DNA from: Azolla caroliniana
Lineage: Eukaryota > Plantae > Polypodiophyta
Length of the DNA stretch: 64,000 bases
Assembly: GCA_043228905.1 (NCBI GenBank)
Contig: JBHGNT010000007.1
Location: 2,232,001-2,296,000, forward strand
Reading direction: 5' to 3'
Position 1 is the first letter of the stretch. Each line of letters opens with the position of its first letter. The translations under genes were made by a program, and so were the position numbers. This document shows, piece after piece, positions 36,321 to 49,340 of this stretch. Below the pieces are notes generated by a model. That model was not told the DNA's origin and searched no databases. It saw only the letters and a program-made list of their open reading frames with translations.

Positions 36321-38053
36321 CTGAATAAGGTGATTGGATATCGTATCCAAGGTTCGTTGGTGCAGAAGAACACGCCATGCTAAAGTTCAACAAGTGCATC
36401 TGGGTTGGTGACGTGGAGCAGAAACAGTGACATGGTGTTGGTCTGTATAACCCTTTGTGTAATAGCCATGGAAACAAAGACTCAGATTCAACATCCTATG
36501 GATATTTGCACCTTCTGTTGATCAGCACTAGACACACCTGTTTGCCTTGGGAGATCATTTGGTGAGGGTTTTTGCACGTTATGGGCACTTGTTAGAGGCT
36601 TCTTTAATCTTCTGCAATGTGAAGAAGCCTAGTTGTTTCACGTTGCACAGTGTGCTAGGATAGAGCAAGAATGTGCTTGAGTTGTTTCACCGAACGCAAA
36701 AGGAGAATTTACAGCCCAACAAATTTGTCTACTCATGCATCGCAAAGACATGTATATAAAACTCCAAATATGAGTATTATAGGTTGTAATACGTCGATCT
36801 TTGGCCTTCTTGAGCAAGATCAATGCTTTTCTGCTTTGAATATTTTCAACAGAGTGATTTCCACATAGAATTGATGTATTCATGATAATAACATCTTTCT
36901 CATAAACATTTCTCATACTCATAATAAAAATATTTGCATTCTCCTTAAATACATTCTTCGTCATTAATCAATGCACATGAGTACCTCCCAAAACCATTAC
37001 ATAACACTAGTAACCACGTTCTTGTGTAGCATGAAAGAGGACCTTGAAGACTAGAAAGGTATTGCATCTATGAAGACAATAAAAGATAACATACTACTAT
37101 AATACTATTCTAAAATCCACATGACAAACTTAACTTTGTGCTTAATACCCTAATTTATTTATGTAAAAACACCATATTCAACAGTTATCAAAGAATATAT
37201 ATTACACAACTTTTAGATGCTACCCCTTTATGGAAAACATAATATTCAAGAGCTAGCAAGAATATATATAAAAAAGTAACTTTTAGATACTAACCCTAAA
37301 CCCTAGAGAGAGAGGGAGGGAGGGAGAGAGAGAAACAAATTTCAAATTGCCCCCAAGAAGATTGGAAATTGAGTATGAAAAGATTTAAATTTTGTAAGGT
37401 GTATTGGAACATGATTACACGTGTACACGTGCACATGGAACGTCTAATCATCTAATTATATGAGGCAGCACACACATGATCCCTTTGGAGAATAGTCATA
37501 AAGAAAAAAGAAAAAAATGGAAAGGATGTGTGTTGGGAGATTGAGAGGATGGCCTTTGAAGTTCTATATGTATAATGCATGTATTATATGTAGTCCTATG
37601 AAAGTCAAAAGTTTTAGAACAGAAAAAACTAAAACCTTTTAACAAGCCTTGCTTGTCTTGTTCTCTTTTATCGAAGTCTTATTTTATTTTATTTTTATTT
37701 TCATTTGGTTATAAACCAATTGTGTGATTGACCAGTTTTTGTTCTTAGAAGACGTTTATACATGTTTCGTCCTTTCTGAAAAACTCTTTCAATTTCATGC
37801 TTTTGTTAATACGTCTTCGGATTCGGACTCGATGAAGCGATGAAGTTGACATACTTTTGCTTTCATGCACATTCGTTGTGAAAAATAATGTTGGACATTC
37901 GTTGTGAAAAATAATAATTAAAATCATTTTTTCATAATTTAAGTTGCCCCTCGCCCTTGCCCTTGGGCCCTATTTAAGTTCCTCCCAGTTTCAAAGAAAG
38001 GAGTCGCTTCTAAACAAATGCTCCCCACATCTCAACAAATGCTCCCCACGAAT

Positions 38054-38817
38054 ATGATGGGGCTGATCTCTTCCGCCATAGTCTTGATGCTGGTACGTAA
38101 TTCCTACACAATATCCATTTTTATTATCTAATCCTGTGATTAATTAATCATGATGATCATATGCGTGCATGTATATATACATAATTTACCAGAATCTGTC
38201 AAATCATACATGTTTATATATGTACAGATTGTATAGTGCAAATCTAAATCCTAAATCTTCGATCATGTCTTTATGGATTGTGATAGAGTTCCATTGTAAT
38301 GATGGCTCTCAATGTCTGCTCGTTCTACGCCGTGTTGATCCTGCACAGCGCAACATTCAGAGACCCGGGAACTCCTTCTACCATAATGATTTTGCTATCT
38401 TGTGCCTTGTCATGGAATGTTCAGTCCTTTGTCTTCAATTCTAAGGTCGCATACTATTGTTTGTATGTAATCTTTGTCGTGAACAGCATACGTGGTGGTG
38501 GTTCGGATGCGATCGAGAATTACCGTCAATCCGATGTGAACATTGCCATGTCCAGAGCTTCGCAGAACCAGTCCTGTGGCTTCAGAGCCTACTTTTATGT
38601 CTCATGGCCTATGTATTTGTGGTTCTTAGTTGGTCCTATTGCGGCCATATTGTTTTTGAGCCCATTAATCATCAGGTCTCTGTGGCTCCATTTCATTGGC
38701 ACCCAGAGATACTCAAATACGATGATGATTCCGAGTGGTAGTATCCTAGAGGTCCATCAAGACAACCAATATAATAATTACCCTCCACAATCCGAATTGA
38801 TCACTGATGTAGTCTGA
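38054..38817 (+). CDS. Divergent DUF599-like multipass membrane protein, copy B (exons 38054-38092 and 38287-38817, about 189 aa)
   Basis: MMGLISSAIVLML followed by GTAC donor. TAG acceptor then SSIVMMALNV...CGFRAYFYVSWPMYLWFLVGPIAA. Clear paralog of 8253-8973 with an open frame and the same intron. Confidence 0.72.
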
Positions 38818-38959
38818 TTCACATATTATATATTTGCCATTATTCATGTATATAAATTTGAAATGTTCAAATTGATATACAGAGTGGGTAATGCTGACTT
38901 CTTTTGTGTTTGTCGATGATGTATGTACTCTAAGTTATATTCGTTCCAAGAAAGCATTA

Positions 38960-39950
38960 ATACGAACAGAAAATCTGTGGTTGAGATCCAAAGATACATA
39001 CGTGCGAGAGTGTGCCGGGGATAGAAGAAGAGCAGCTCATCAGAGATACTTGGGGGAATCTTCTATCCCATCTTCTCAGCATTGATTGATCTTTGAGTTC
39101 ACCTTAATCCATTGCTGTACTGTATTGATTTGATTTGTCCGGCCGCCCAAGTGTGAAACGGACATGCCTCCCGCTCTTGCGCTCTCTCTAGTCTCTACTC
39201 TTTGGAATGACACACAATTAGGCTTCCTTTCCTTTCCATTTCTATGCATAATATTTCTCATTAATGAGGAAAGTGTCGGACCAAAACCCGGGCATGAGTA
39301 TTTGGCACCGAACACGGTTATAGTGAGAGGAATTTACCCGATTCATGGGCATTGCAGGCAATCCGTCCGTCCAAGATAAAAGTGTATGGAAAGACCCATT
39401 TCTGATCGGGGACGATACATAGTTGCTAGACATTTGACTAGAAAGAATACTCTCCACGTCCAAAAGGTCAAGTTGTGAAAGTACTCCCAGATGATCCAAC
39501 ACAGTGGTTAGACCTTATCATTTGTAAATTGTACGCTTAAGCCAAAGATCAAGCAATGAGGGAGGCTCGAGATGGGTAGACTCCCTTCCTTCGTACGTGG
39601 AACTTCATGCACGGTGACTACCAACTACCCACATCGCCAAGTCCTTGCACACACATATGCACAACAATTAACATTCAAAGCAATGGGCATGCACATAAGA
39701 TAGAACTATCAAGCCCCTTCTAGGGTTTGTATATAACATTCACAAGTATAAAATTTTATAACTAATAGAAAGAGTTTTTTGTTGTCGAAAAAAAACATTC
39801 AAAGGAAATGAGCACTCACACATCCACAATTATTAGAGCTACGCGTAGGGTTAGTATTAGACTTTAGTGTTAATTGACTATAAAAGTGCACAAACATTAG
39901 GAATCACATACCTATACACACTAGTTAACGGTTCAATGAAAGTAACATTC
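38960..39950 (-). repeat. Copy 2 (inverted) of the duplication unit, downstream part
   Basis: Reverse complement matches 5686-6890 and 42900-43160. Confidence 0.85.
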
Positions 39951-40035
<85 letters not shown>

Positions 40036-40076
40036 TACACATACACATACACACATAGACACACATCCACATGCAC
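39950..40076. repeat. (CATACA)n hexanucleotide microsatellite
   Basis: Long near-perfect run, seen directly. Confidence 0.95.
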
Positions 40077-40829
40077 AATTTTTATTTATTTGTTATTATT
40101 ATTTGAAAGAAGATATCCTGTCATTAGTGTAAACATTTTACAAGATTTTAAAATCTATGTAATTGGTGGGGGGAAACAACCAAATACACAAATTTACAAT
40201 CAAATACACAAATTAACAATCACATCCACATGCACATCTAGCACATACATGATATACATACACCGAGGATAGGCCGATGATACACATACACCATGACACA
40301 GGGATTGGAGATTTTGGATGTAGTTCTTGGGAGGATTGAAATAGAAATCAAATGAAAATGGTATTAGATTCTGGCATCTCGGGCGCCTAGACAAATCAAA
40401 TTATTAGTACAAACATCGAAAGCATTAAGAATGTTGAGAGTATGGCTATGGCAGGGGGAAACCATTCTTCATTCCCTCTTACCTTGTAACATGTCTCTGC
40501 TTCAATTCGTCTCGAATGAGAGACAAGCTTGATTGCTATAGTTTGGAAGTCCTGACTCTACAGTTTGATGATTATTAAATTTACGCGGAGATATGAATTT
40601 AGTTTAAACAAAGTTTCACAACCAAAATATTAACTACACCCTTACTAATACGACATGAAGAGACAGTAGTACACTTCAAGTAAACTTTTGTAACCGATTC
40701 AAAATCACAACATTTGTAGCTTTGCCATTATCGTAATATAATTAGGGAAGTGAACATATGCACGAATACATTGGAACAAATACACAAAAGTTATATAAAA
40801 CATTTGAATATGAGGAGGCACGTTCCAAC

Positions 40830-41960
40830 GAAGGTACCATGTCCTTCTCGGTTTTGTCCAACAAGTTCTCATTAATGACAAATATTATGCGTAGAAATGA
40901 AACGAAAATGAAGCCTGATTGTCAGTCATTTGGAAGAGTAGAGAGAGGACGAGAGACATGTCCCATTTCACACTTGGGCAGCCGGACAAATCAAATCAAT
41001 ACAAAAGAAGAAGAAGGAAGGAAACGGTCAACAAAAGAGGTGGTTACCTTTTGATCAGAAGAAGATATCAAGATGCTTCATACCACTGATTTATTTCTGT
41101 TGCACCTGTTGATGAGAAGATGGGATACTTTCCTTCAATCCTCGACGCTGGCAAGGACCTTGAATCTAAGCATAGATCCCCCATTACAGAAACTGTCTCT
41201 TTGTATGATTTCTGTTTGTAGATGGGATGCTTTTTCTAAGGGTATACGCACACAGTTCCCAAATTTAATGAGCTATTCATATGAATCCTCACCCAAATAT
41301 GGAATATCGAGAGTGCCATTGCAGAGACAATTTGATTCCAAGCAGATGGAGCGACAGACCACTCCATATCTTGTCCTTGCACTAGTCTAGATGATTATTA
41401 TAGGCACACCTGGTGCGTAGTATCCTAAATTCCCCCAAATTATTCTACCCCAATCAATAGTAACCTACGATTCAAAAAGGATCATGCGATCGTTGTTGAT
41501 GAAGACAGAGGTATCTGCATGCATAGCTATCATGGTCTAAACATTACACAGATACTTATGGTCGATGGAATACTCCACAGATTTGGGTTTCATACACGAG
41601 TACCCGTTCATTATTTGTTCCATCGTCGTATCAAGTACTGATCAAAGTGGCAGATTTTTTGTTGTTTTGTGATAAGAATATGTATACATGTCGGTAAGCA
41701 ATGAAAGAAACAGAGCTTTGAGACACTTAAGTTATATATTATGTTTACAAACCCATATGTATATATCACTAGTTCTGTTAGTTTCATAGTTCAATGTAGA
41801 ACATGCAGGCATTGAAAGCGCCCATTATAATTGAGCTCTATCATGATCAATAATAAGAACACCAAAGATTTAGGATTTATATTACCTAAAATCAGTATTT
41901 AGATGATGCATCCGCTCATCATATTAAAAATAATTGAACTTACCCCTATGTTCATCATGA
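40830..41960. repeat. Copy 3 of the duplication unit (degenerate; DUF599-like coding part mostly deleted)
   Basis: Matches 6630-7570. 41832-41890 matches the intron/acceptor region 8742-8805 (AAAGATTTAGGATTTATA). Confidence 0.7.
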
Positions 41961-42899
41961 TTAATGACGCTATTAAAGTATGATTTTGAATATATTAGTG
42001 AAGTGAAACCAAGGGATTACCAACAGCATGAAACCAAGGCAAATCCAAACATAACCACAAGTACAAACACAAGCACGAGCACGAGCTTTTGATGGCCATC
42101 ATGTCTATATGGCCCACAAATGCATAAAAACCATATAGATCTAGCCTTACAATTTAATTTAATTGTAAATACATTGTATATAATGTGTCGAGTGATCAAC
42201 ATACGGTGGTGATGTATCGACCAAGCATATCCTTCCTCCAATTTTGAAGTTGTACTTCCATCAGACATACCATCTAAATAAAGCATGCATACCTGTGAGT
42301 TTTGTATAATGTTGGAATTCTTATAATGTTTCATCTCGGATGATGACATATTAGTGCTCTCCCAAGATCATGCCATGAGCCGCTTACATTAAGATGTTCC
42401 CTCAATTCTATACAAACTTGATAGTTTTTTTCATGTTTGACCTTATACTAAAGTAACAAGCAAAGTTGGTCATGTTTGACCTTATACTCAAGTAACAAGC
42501 TAAGTTGACATACAAGAATTCATAAATTCTTTATTGTTTTGGTAATATAATTTCCAAAGGCAAGTGAGTATAGCGTGTTCATAACCAGTCGATTGTAGCC
42601 CACATGGGGCGATCTCCACAGTCACCATAGTCACACTCGATTCGATTCATACATGTATCACTTGGATAGGATCTCCCTAAGCGACGCAACCACACTACCC
42701 TTCCCTAACCACAAGACCTTGAGTCGGATACATACGTATGAGTATCCGACATCGTGTTTCCTTAAGCCGGCAACAATGGAGGTGTGAAGAAAAGAGAATG
42801 ATTAGAAGAGCGATGAAGTGGCCGCTACTGCCTACACAATGCACTTCCCTTTTGTTCGATAGTAGGTTTTAAAATTGAAACTTACAAAGTTCATAAAAT

Positions 42900-44631
42900 A
42901 GGTATGTGAATTGTTAATTTCATTGAATGTTAACTAGAGTGTATAGGTATGTGAATTCCTAATATTTGTGAGTTTCTATGGTCAATTAGCCTTAATACTA
43001 ATCCTAAACCAATCTCTAATAATTGTGGATATGTGACTGCTAATTTATTTATAACAATGTTTTCTTTCCCAAAACAAAAAACTCCTATTACCTATAAAAT
43101 TTTATAGTTGTGAATGTTCTATACAAACCCCACAAGGGGCTCGATGATTCCATCTAATGTGGAACCTCATTTATTTGAATGTTAATTTTTGTGTGTGCGT
43201 GTGTGTGCATTTTTATGTGTAAAAGGTAAATAACCCTAACCGTTGATGGGTAACGACAAAAGCTCGATGTTGGTGTGTTGCTCTCGATGTCACTTTGTTG
43301 CTCTTCATCAATGCCGAGAGGAATGTTCGATATGTGGAAAGGGGGATTATGCGTCCCCTTTCTCTTATATTTTTAAAATAAATAATAAATTGAAAAAAAA
43401 AACGCATCACTATACGATGCCTTTGTTAGGCATGTCACCATGTTGACGCATCACAATATACATCATTATGCAATGCATTTCTTGTGCATGTCCCTTTCTA
43501 CTACCTTCATTAGCTATTACGACCTAATGTTGTTAATTTTCTTTTTGTACATAGCCAAGATAAGGTTCGAGGTGAATTTTCGCCAATTTCGACCAATCAA
43601 CCTTTCATTTAATGGTGCATCAACAATGTGATGTGTTGTTAATGATCCCTCTCGAAGGCTTCTAGTAGGTGTAAGAACTTGACGGCGAGGAAGCTAGTTG
43701 TCGTAGTGCATGAAGGCCTTGGCAAGAACTATAAAAGTTGACCTCTATCAACCCACCATCTTTACCCAAACACTTGTATCTCGGGTAGAGGGATTGCTTT
43801 TAATGCCCATGAAGCAATCAATGTGTAATTTATTGTGGTGAGCCCTGAGTAATCTTGTAAAAGAGTCTAAATTCCATACACTTGTAATCTAGGAGAAAGG
43901 GATTGCTCACATTGCCCACGAATCTGCCACTTGTACCATGTGTTTCTCCGTTTTGTCCGCCACTTTCTCATTGATGACAAATATTATGGGTAGAAATGAA
44001 TTTAAAGGAGACGAAGGAAGCCTAATTGACAGTCATTCGGAAGAGCAAAGGAAGCGTGAGGCATCTCATCTTGGTTTCAGACATGGGCGGCCGAACAATA
44101 CACCAATGGATAAGGCTAACTCTAACTGTGAGTGACTATGTTGAGTGGCATTATACCTCCGCCATTCATTACATCTAAAGGGTTGTTTCTTCTATCTATG
44201 ATTGTTTATGATTTGTTCCACTAGCAAGGTACTTGATATGCCAATGTCGTATCAAGCACTCTGATATGAACTATCTGCGAGCCAGTAGCCAACGGGTGAG
44301 TGATTGCAACACCTATTCAAATGGCATTTTTTTTTGTAGTGAAAGAAGTGATTCTTGCAACTTGAAATTTGAAGTGATTTCTAAACTTTTTGGCTTTTTA
44401 TCTTGAGACATACATAACATAAATACAATACATACATAAATACAATACATAAACATAACATACTACACATACTAATCATCTTCTTAGGCAACTAGTAGTT
44501 ACTAAGCATATAGCCTTTATACAACTACTGCCACAACAAACTAGTTGATCAAATGTAAAGCCCCAACTCAACCAAATCTAAACCCCTTAAGTTCTATAAA
44601 TGACAAGAACAAGCTTAAACCACTTATACAT
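42900..44631. repeat. Copy 4 of the duplication unit, cut by copia E
   Basis: Direct match to 5686-6330, 6630-6795 and 7676-7780. It ends exactly at the E LTR. Confidence 0.8.
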
Positions 44632-47600
44632 TGTAAAGAGAATAGCGTGCGGAAGCAATAGAAAACCGAACACAGAAACGCAGGTTTAATGGAGAGCTTC
44701 AATATACACAGTACGTGGGAGAGAGAGAGAGAGAGAGAGAATTCACACAAACTCAATTCAAAAAATAATACTCAGTCTATACATAGGATGTGCTCAATGA
44801 GCACTTTTATACAAGTCCATACGGACTGATAGAAGTACTGACACGTACTTCAATGCTCATAAGTGAGCTCTACGCTAACTCCCAAAATATATTCCTACGC
44901 GGAATATCTTTCCAACGGCCTCGCAGTTTACGCACCGCTACGGCTTCTCGTTGCGCACCGGTCTACACACCAATTTACGCACCGGTCCGGCCTAACCAAT
45001 CGATCCCAACCGATCCGATTCTCGGCTTGCACAACCGATCCGGCCAATGTTGAGCTTGTATCTCAACACTCCCCCTCAAGCTCAACTTGAGGTTCCATCC
45101 GCTCTTCCGGATCTACGCTCCGGTTCCTTCTGGCTTCACGCCTTGCTCGCGCTCCTCGACCTGTTCGATTCCGCGCACCTCAACCCTTCCGGTCGGCTTG
45201 CGTGCTCGTGCGGCCCTTCTCAGCTCCATTGTTGTCGCGGTGTTGGCGCTTCTTCTGCTGCCTTCTCTTCCACTTGGCTCTTAGTTGATTCGGCGTATCC
45301 GAATCAAACATCCGAACAGACTCGGCTTCCTCCGATCGGTTTTAGCTTTCGTCCAAGTTGGCTATCTCCAACTCGTCTTCAGTCTTCTCGCCCTTGATGG
45401 CTTCGTCTCCCACATGCTTGGTTGGCTTCGACTCTTTCTTTCAGCTGCTGCCCTCACGTTCGCTTTTGGACTCTTCTGCGGATCCGCCCTCGGTTTCTTC
45501 AACCGATCCAAAGTCGAATTCATCATTCGACTCGGTGTCATGGTCTTTTCCACTCTTTTCATGCTCCCTTCCGTGGTCATCTGGGACGTCTCTCCCCCTC
45601 AAGTTCGGCACGTCGAGGTGACGCAACCCAAGCGCACCCAAGAATTGCAGTAACTTGTCCAGACCAAGAGGCTTGGTGAAGATGTCGGCGGACTGCTGAA
45701 CCGTCGGAACATACTGAAGTTCGACTTCACCGGAGAGGACACGCTCACGAAAGAAATGGTAGTGCACCTCAATGTGCTTAGTCCGGGCATGGAAGACGGG
45801 GTTCTTTGCTAGCTGGATGTTGCGGAGGTTGTCCTAGTAGATTGTCGTTGGATCGGATACCTCCACCTGTAGATCCTTAAGTAGCTACTTCAACCATATG
45901 GCTTCGCATGTCGTGACAGCCGCTCCTCTATACTCGGCTTCGATGCTCGACAACGCAACTGTCGGCAGCTTCTTGCTACTCCACGCAATCGCGGCACTCC
46001 CAAGAGAGAACGCGAAGCCGTACGTGGATCGTCGATCGGCGACGTTGCCGGCCCAATCGGCATCAGTGTAGCCGACCAACTAGATGGTTGTACTGGTTCG
46101 ATATAGTAGTTCCCGGTCCTTAGTGCCGCTTACATACCGCAATACGCGTTGCGCACACTGAAGGTGCTCCTCAATAGGTCGCACCATGAACTGACTAATC
46201 ACCCCGACCGGGTAATTGAGATCTGGTCGGGTGATGGTCAAGTATATAAGGCATCCGACTATCTGTCGGAACCTCATCGGTCACATACCTTTCCAGAATC
46301 GGGGCGAAGCTTGACGGTTCTATTGAGAGTCGAGACGGACTTACACTCAGCCATCCCGAATTTGAAGAGCATACTCAGCACATAATGTCGTTGGCTGATC
46401 AGAATGCCTTCGGGGGTACGGATCACTTCGATCCCGAGGAAGTAATGAAGGTTCCCCAAATCGTTCATGTCAAATGATAGTGCGAGCTGGAGCTTTACGC
46501 AGTTAATTTCACCTAGGTCGGCGTCGGTGATGACCAAGTCATCAACATAAAGTGAAATACTAACCGGCCCGAGTCGACCTTTCCAGATGAATAGTGCGGA
46601 GTCCGATTTTGATGTTGCAAAACCCATCCGACACAATTGTTGTGTGACCTTCTTCAACCGGCACACCGCCGAAGTGTTCGTTCCGGAGTGAAATCCGGGG
46701 GGTTGTACCATGTACACCTGTTCCTCAAGCTCACCTTGCAAGAACGCATTCTTTACATCCATCTGATGTAAGTGCCACCCCTTCGCTGCAACTATTGCGA
46801 GCAAAGCGCAGACGGTCGTCATCTTCGCGACCGGTGCAAACATCTCATCGTCGTCGATGTCGTGTTGTTGTGCGTAGTCTTTCGCTACTAACCGGGCCTT
46901 GTATCAGTTGACCGAATTGTCGGTGTTGTACTTGACCTTGTACACCCACCTACATCCGATCAGCTTCACACCTTTCGGTGCATCAACCAGGTCCCAGGTT
47001 TCATTTTCCGCCAATGCACGCACCTCTTCCTCCATTACGGCACACCAATTCGCGTCCTTCACTGCTTCTGCGTAGCTCTCTGGCCCACGCACTTCTGTTA
47101 CACGGGTCATGTACGCATAGTGATGCGCCATGTACTCATTGTATCTGAACCGCACAACAGGGTTCTTCTAGCAGGTAGATCGGCGTAATTGCTCATTAGC
47201 CGATGTTGAGGCTTTCTTGGCCGACACAAACTTCGCTCTTGAAGACCCGTCATCACTTCCCTTGGAGTCGGACTCACGTCGATCCGACTCGTTCCTATCC
47301 GTGTCGTAATCCGACACCTTCTTCTTCCCTTTTTCCTTGCGCGTAAGCCATCTCCTCGGCTTCCTGCGCGAGGAATGCACGACCGAGTCTCCACTACTCG
47401 CCGGCTCTTCTTTGGATTGGGCAAACCGACTCAGTCGTCCATTTGGTCCACTTAACCGAAACGAGATCGGACTCTCTTCGAGGGTCCCGATTTCACCCTC
47501 ATCTGGAGGCACTTCAGCCTCGTTGACCTCATTGTCAGAACTCGGATTGAAGTTGAGGTTCGGAGTCGGAGGCAAGTACCAGGACGCGGACTCGTCAAAC

Positions 47601-49340
47601 ACAACGTCGCGGCTCACACAAGCTTGTTTGGTTCGGGGGTATAGCACTTCTAACCCTTATGTTCGTCCGAATAGCCGACTAGGATACACTTCTTAGTTTT
47701 CGTGTCCAGCTTCCTTCACTTCTCCTTCGATACATACACATACGCAATGCTACTGAAAACTCTCAAGTGTCGTAGATTCGGCTTCCTTCCAACATACAGC
47801 TCATGCACCGAAACTTTTTCTCCGATCCGATTCCGGATGTACACCACGGTCCGTACCGCCTCGACCCAATAGAACTTGGACAAGCTCTTTTCTTCCAACA
47901 TTACCCGCGCCGCTTCTACAATCGACCGATTCTTCCTTTCAGCCACGCCGTTTTGGTCCGGCGTATATCTACAACTGAATTCGCGTCGAATTCCCCGATG
48001 TTGCAAATACCCGTTGAATTGACCGGAAAAGTACTCTTTTCCGCCATCCGACCATAGGCACTTGATCTTTCTTCCTATTTCCCTTTCGACGAAACTCTTG
48101 AGGTCCCAGAAACAGTCGAAGACTTCACTCTTCTTCTCAATGAGGTAGATCCACGTGTGCCGCGTATAGTCATCGATGAAGGAGACGAAATATCGACTCC
48201 CGCCAATACTAACGTTCTGTGCCGGCCCCCATAAATCGGAATGTATCAAGTCGAGCTTGTTCCGGCTCCGGTTACGCTCGTTAGGGAAAGGAAGTCGGTG
48301 TTGCTTCCCTAGTTGGCAGGCTTCACAAATTTGTGCCTTTCGGCCACTAAATTTGGGCAATCCGAACACCATCTGTTTCGATTGCAGGTCCTAAAGCCGT
48401 TGATAGTTGACGTGGCCTATCCGCTTGTGCCATAAGTCGATATCCAACTCAACTTTTTGTCCTTTCGTGAACATTGCGGTGCCACCATCACTAGAGTCAA
48501 GGATAAACATCCTCCCGTCTCTACGCCCTTGCGCAATAACTCGGCCTTCTTCCTCGATGAAGCACCCGAGATGCGTAAACCGAACCTGCATCCCCTGGTC
48601 AACAATCTATCCGACCGACACCAGGTTATTCGTGATTGTTGGAACGTGTAACACGTTCATGAGTTTCCCTTTCTGCCCGACATGGCTCAGGGGAACTTCA
48701 TATACTTTCGTGATGGGATGCGGAGTGTCGTCTCCGGTTGCGATTACTCCCGATTGCATCAGTTTCTCAAGGTATGAGAACCACTCCTTGTGGCACGTCA
48801 TGTGGTTTGATGCGCCGGAGTCGACGTACCACACCTCGTCTAATTTCGGGGTGGACTTCTTCATTGAGTTCGCTCGTGTTTTGTCACGAAGGCTGACCCT
48901 TTTTCGGCTTTTCCGAATCCTTCAACGTAGTGCGATCGTTGCCGATTACCTTTGTCGGTTTGTCCGGAACCTGATCCGGATCCGGTCCTCTCCGAATCGG
49001 CGCGCTTCTTCCAGCACTCGCTCTCCTTGTGGCCTTTCTTGGCACAGTACCAACATTCCGCGGCGGATTTCCCTTGTCGGTTCTCGTCGCCTCCATTACC
49101 CCTATTTCCGGAGGGTCCGGAATTGCTGTCGGCATCACTTCGGTGCCTTCTTCCTTGATCCCGTCGGCCGCCTCCATTGCGCACCAACTCGCCTCATCCA
49201 CCACGACCACGGGGCCTCTCTCCCTCTGTGTACAACATCTTGTTGTGGGCATGCGTGCTCGTCGACGCACCCGCGTGGTTCTCCTCTATAAGGAGCATCA
49301 ATTGTATGCTAGTTGGAAAGAGGAGGTTGACGACCTCCTA
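44632..49340 (-). mobile_element. Ty1/copia element E, 5'-truncated and pseudogenised
   Basis: 3' LTR at 45068-44632 with PPT TGAGGGGGAG. Knuckle [77 protein letters not shown]. No 5' LTR was found. Confidence 0.92.

Noticed and set aside
39867-40078. His-Ile and Met-Cys repeat ORFs
   Set aside because: They are translations of the hexamer microsatellite.
42723-42750. Hairpin GTCGGATAC..GTATCCGAC as a Helitron end or miRNA
   Set aside because: There is no CTRR terminus at the expected distance, and it is too short for a miRNA precursor.
48407-49291. 294-aa plus-strand ORF
   Set aside because: It is the antisense shadow of GC-rich copia gag/protease sequence and has no recognisable motif. 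The same applies to the other antisense ORFs over elements D and E.
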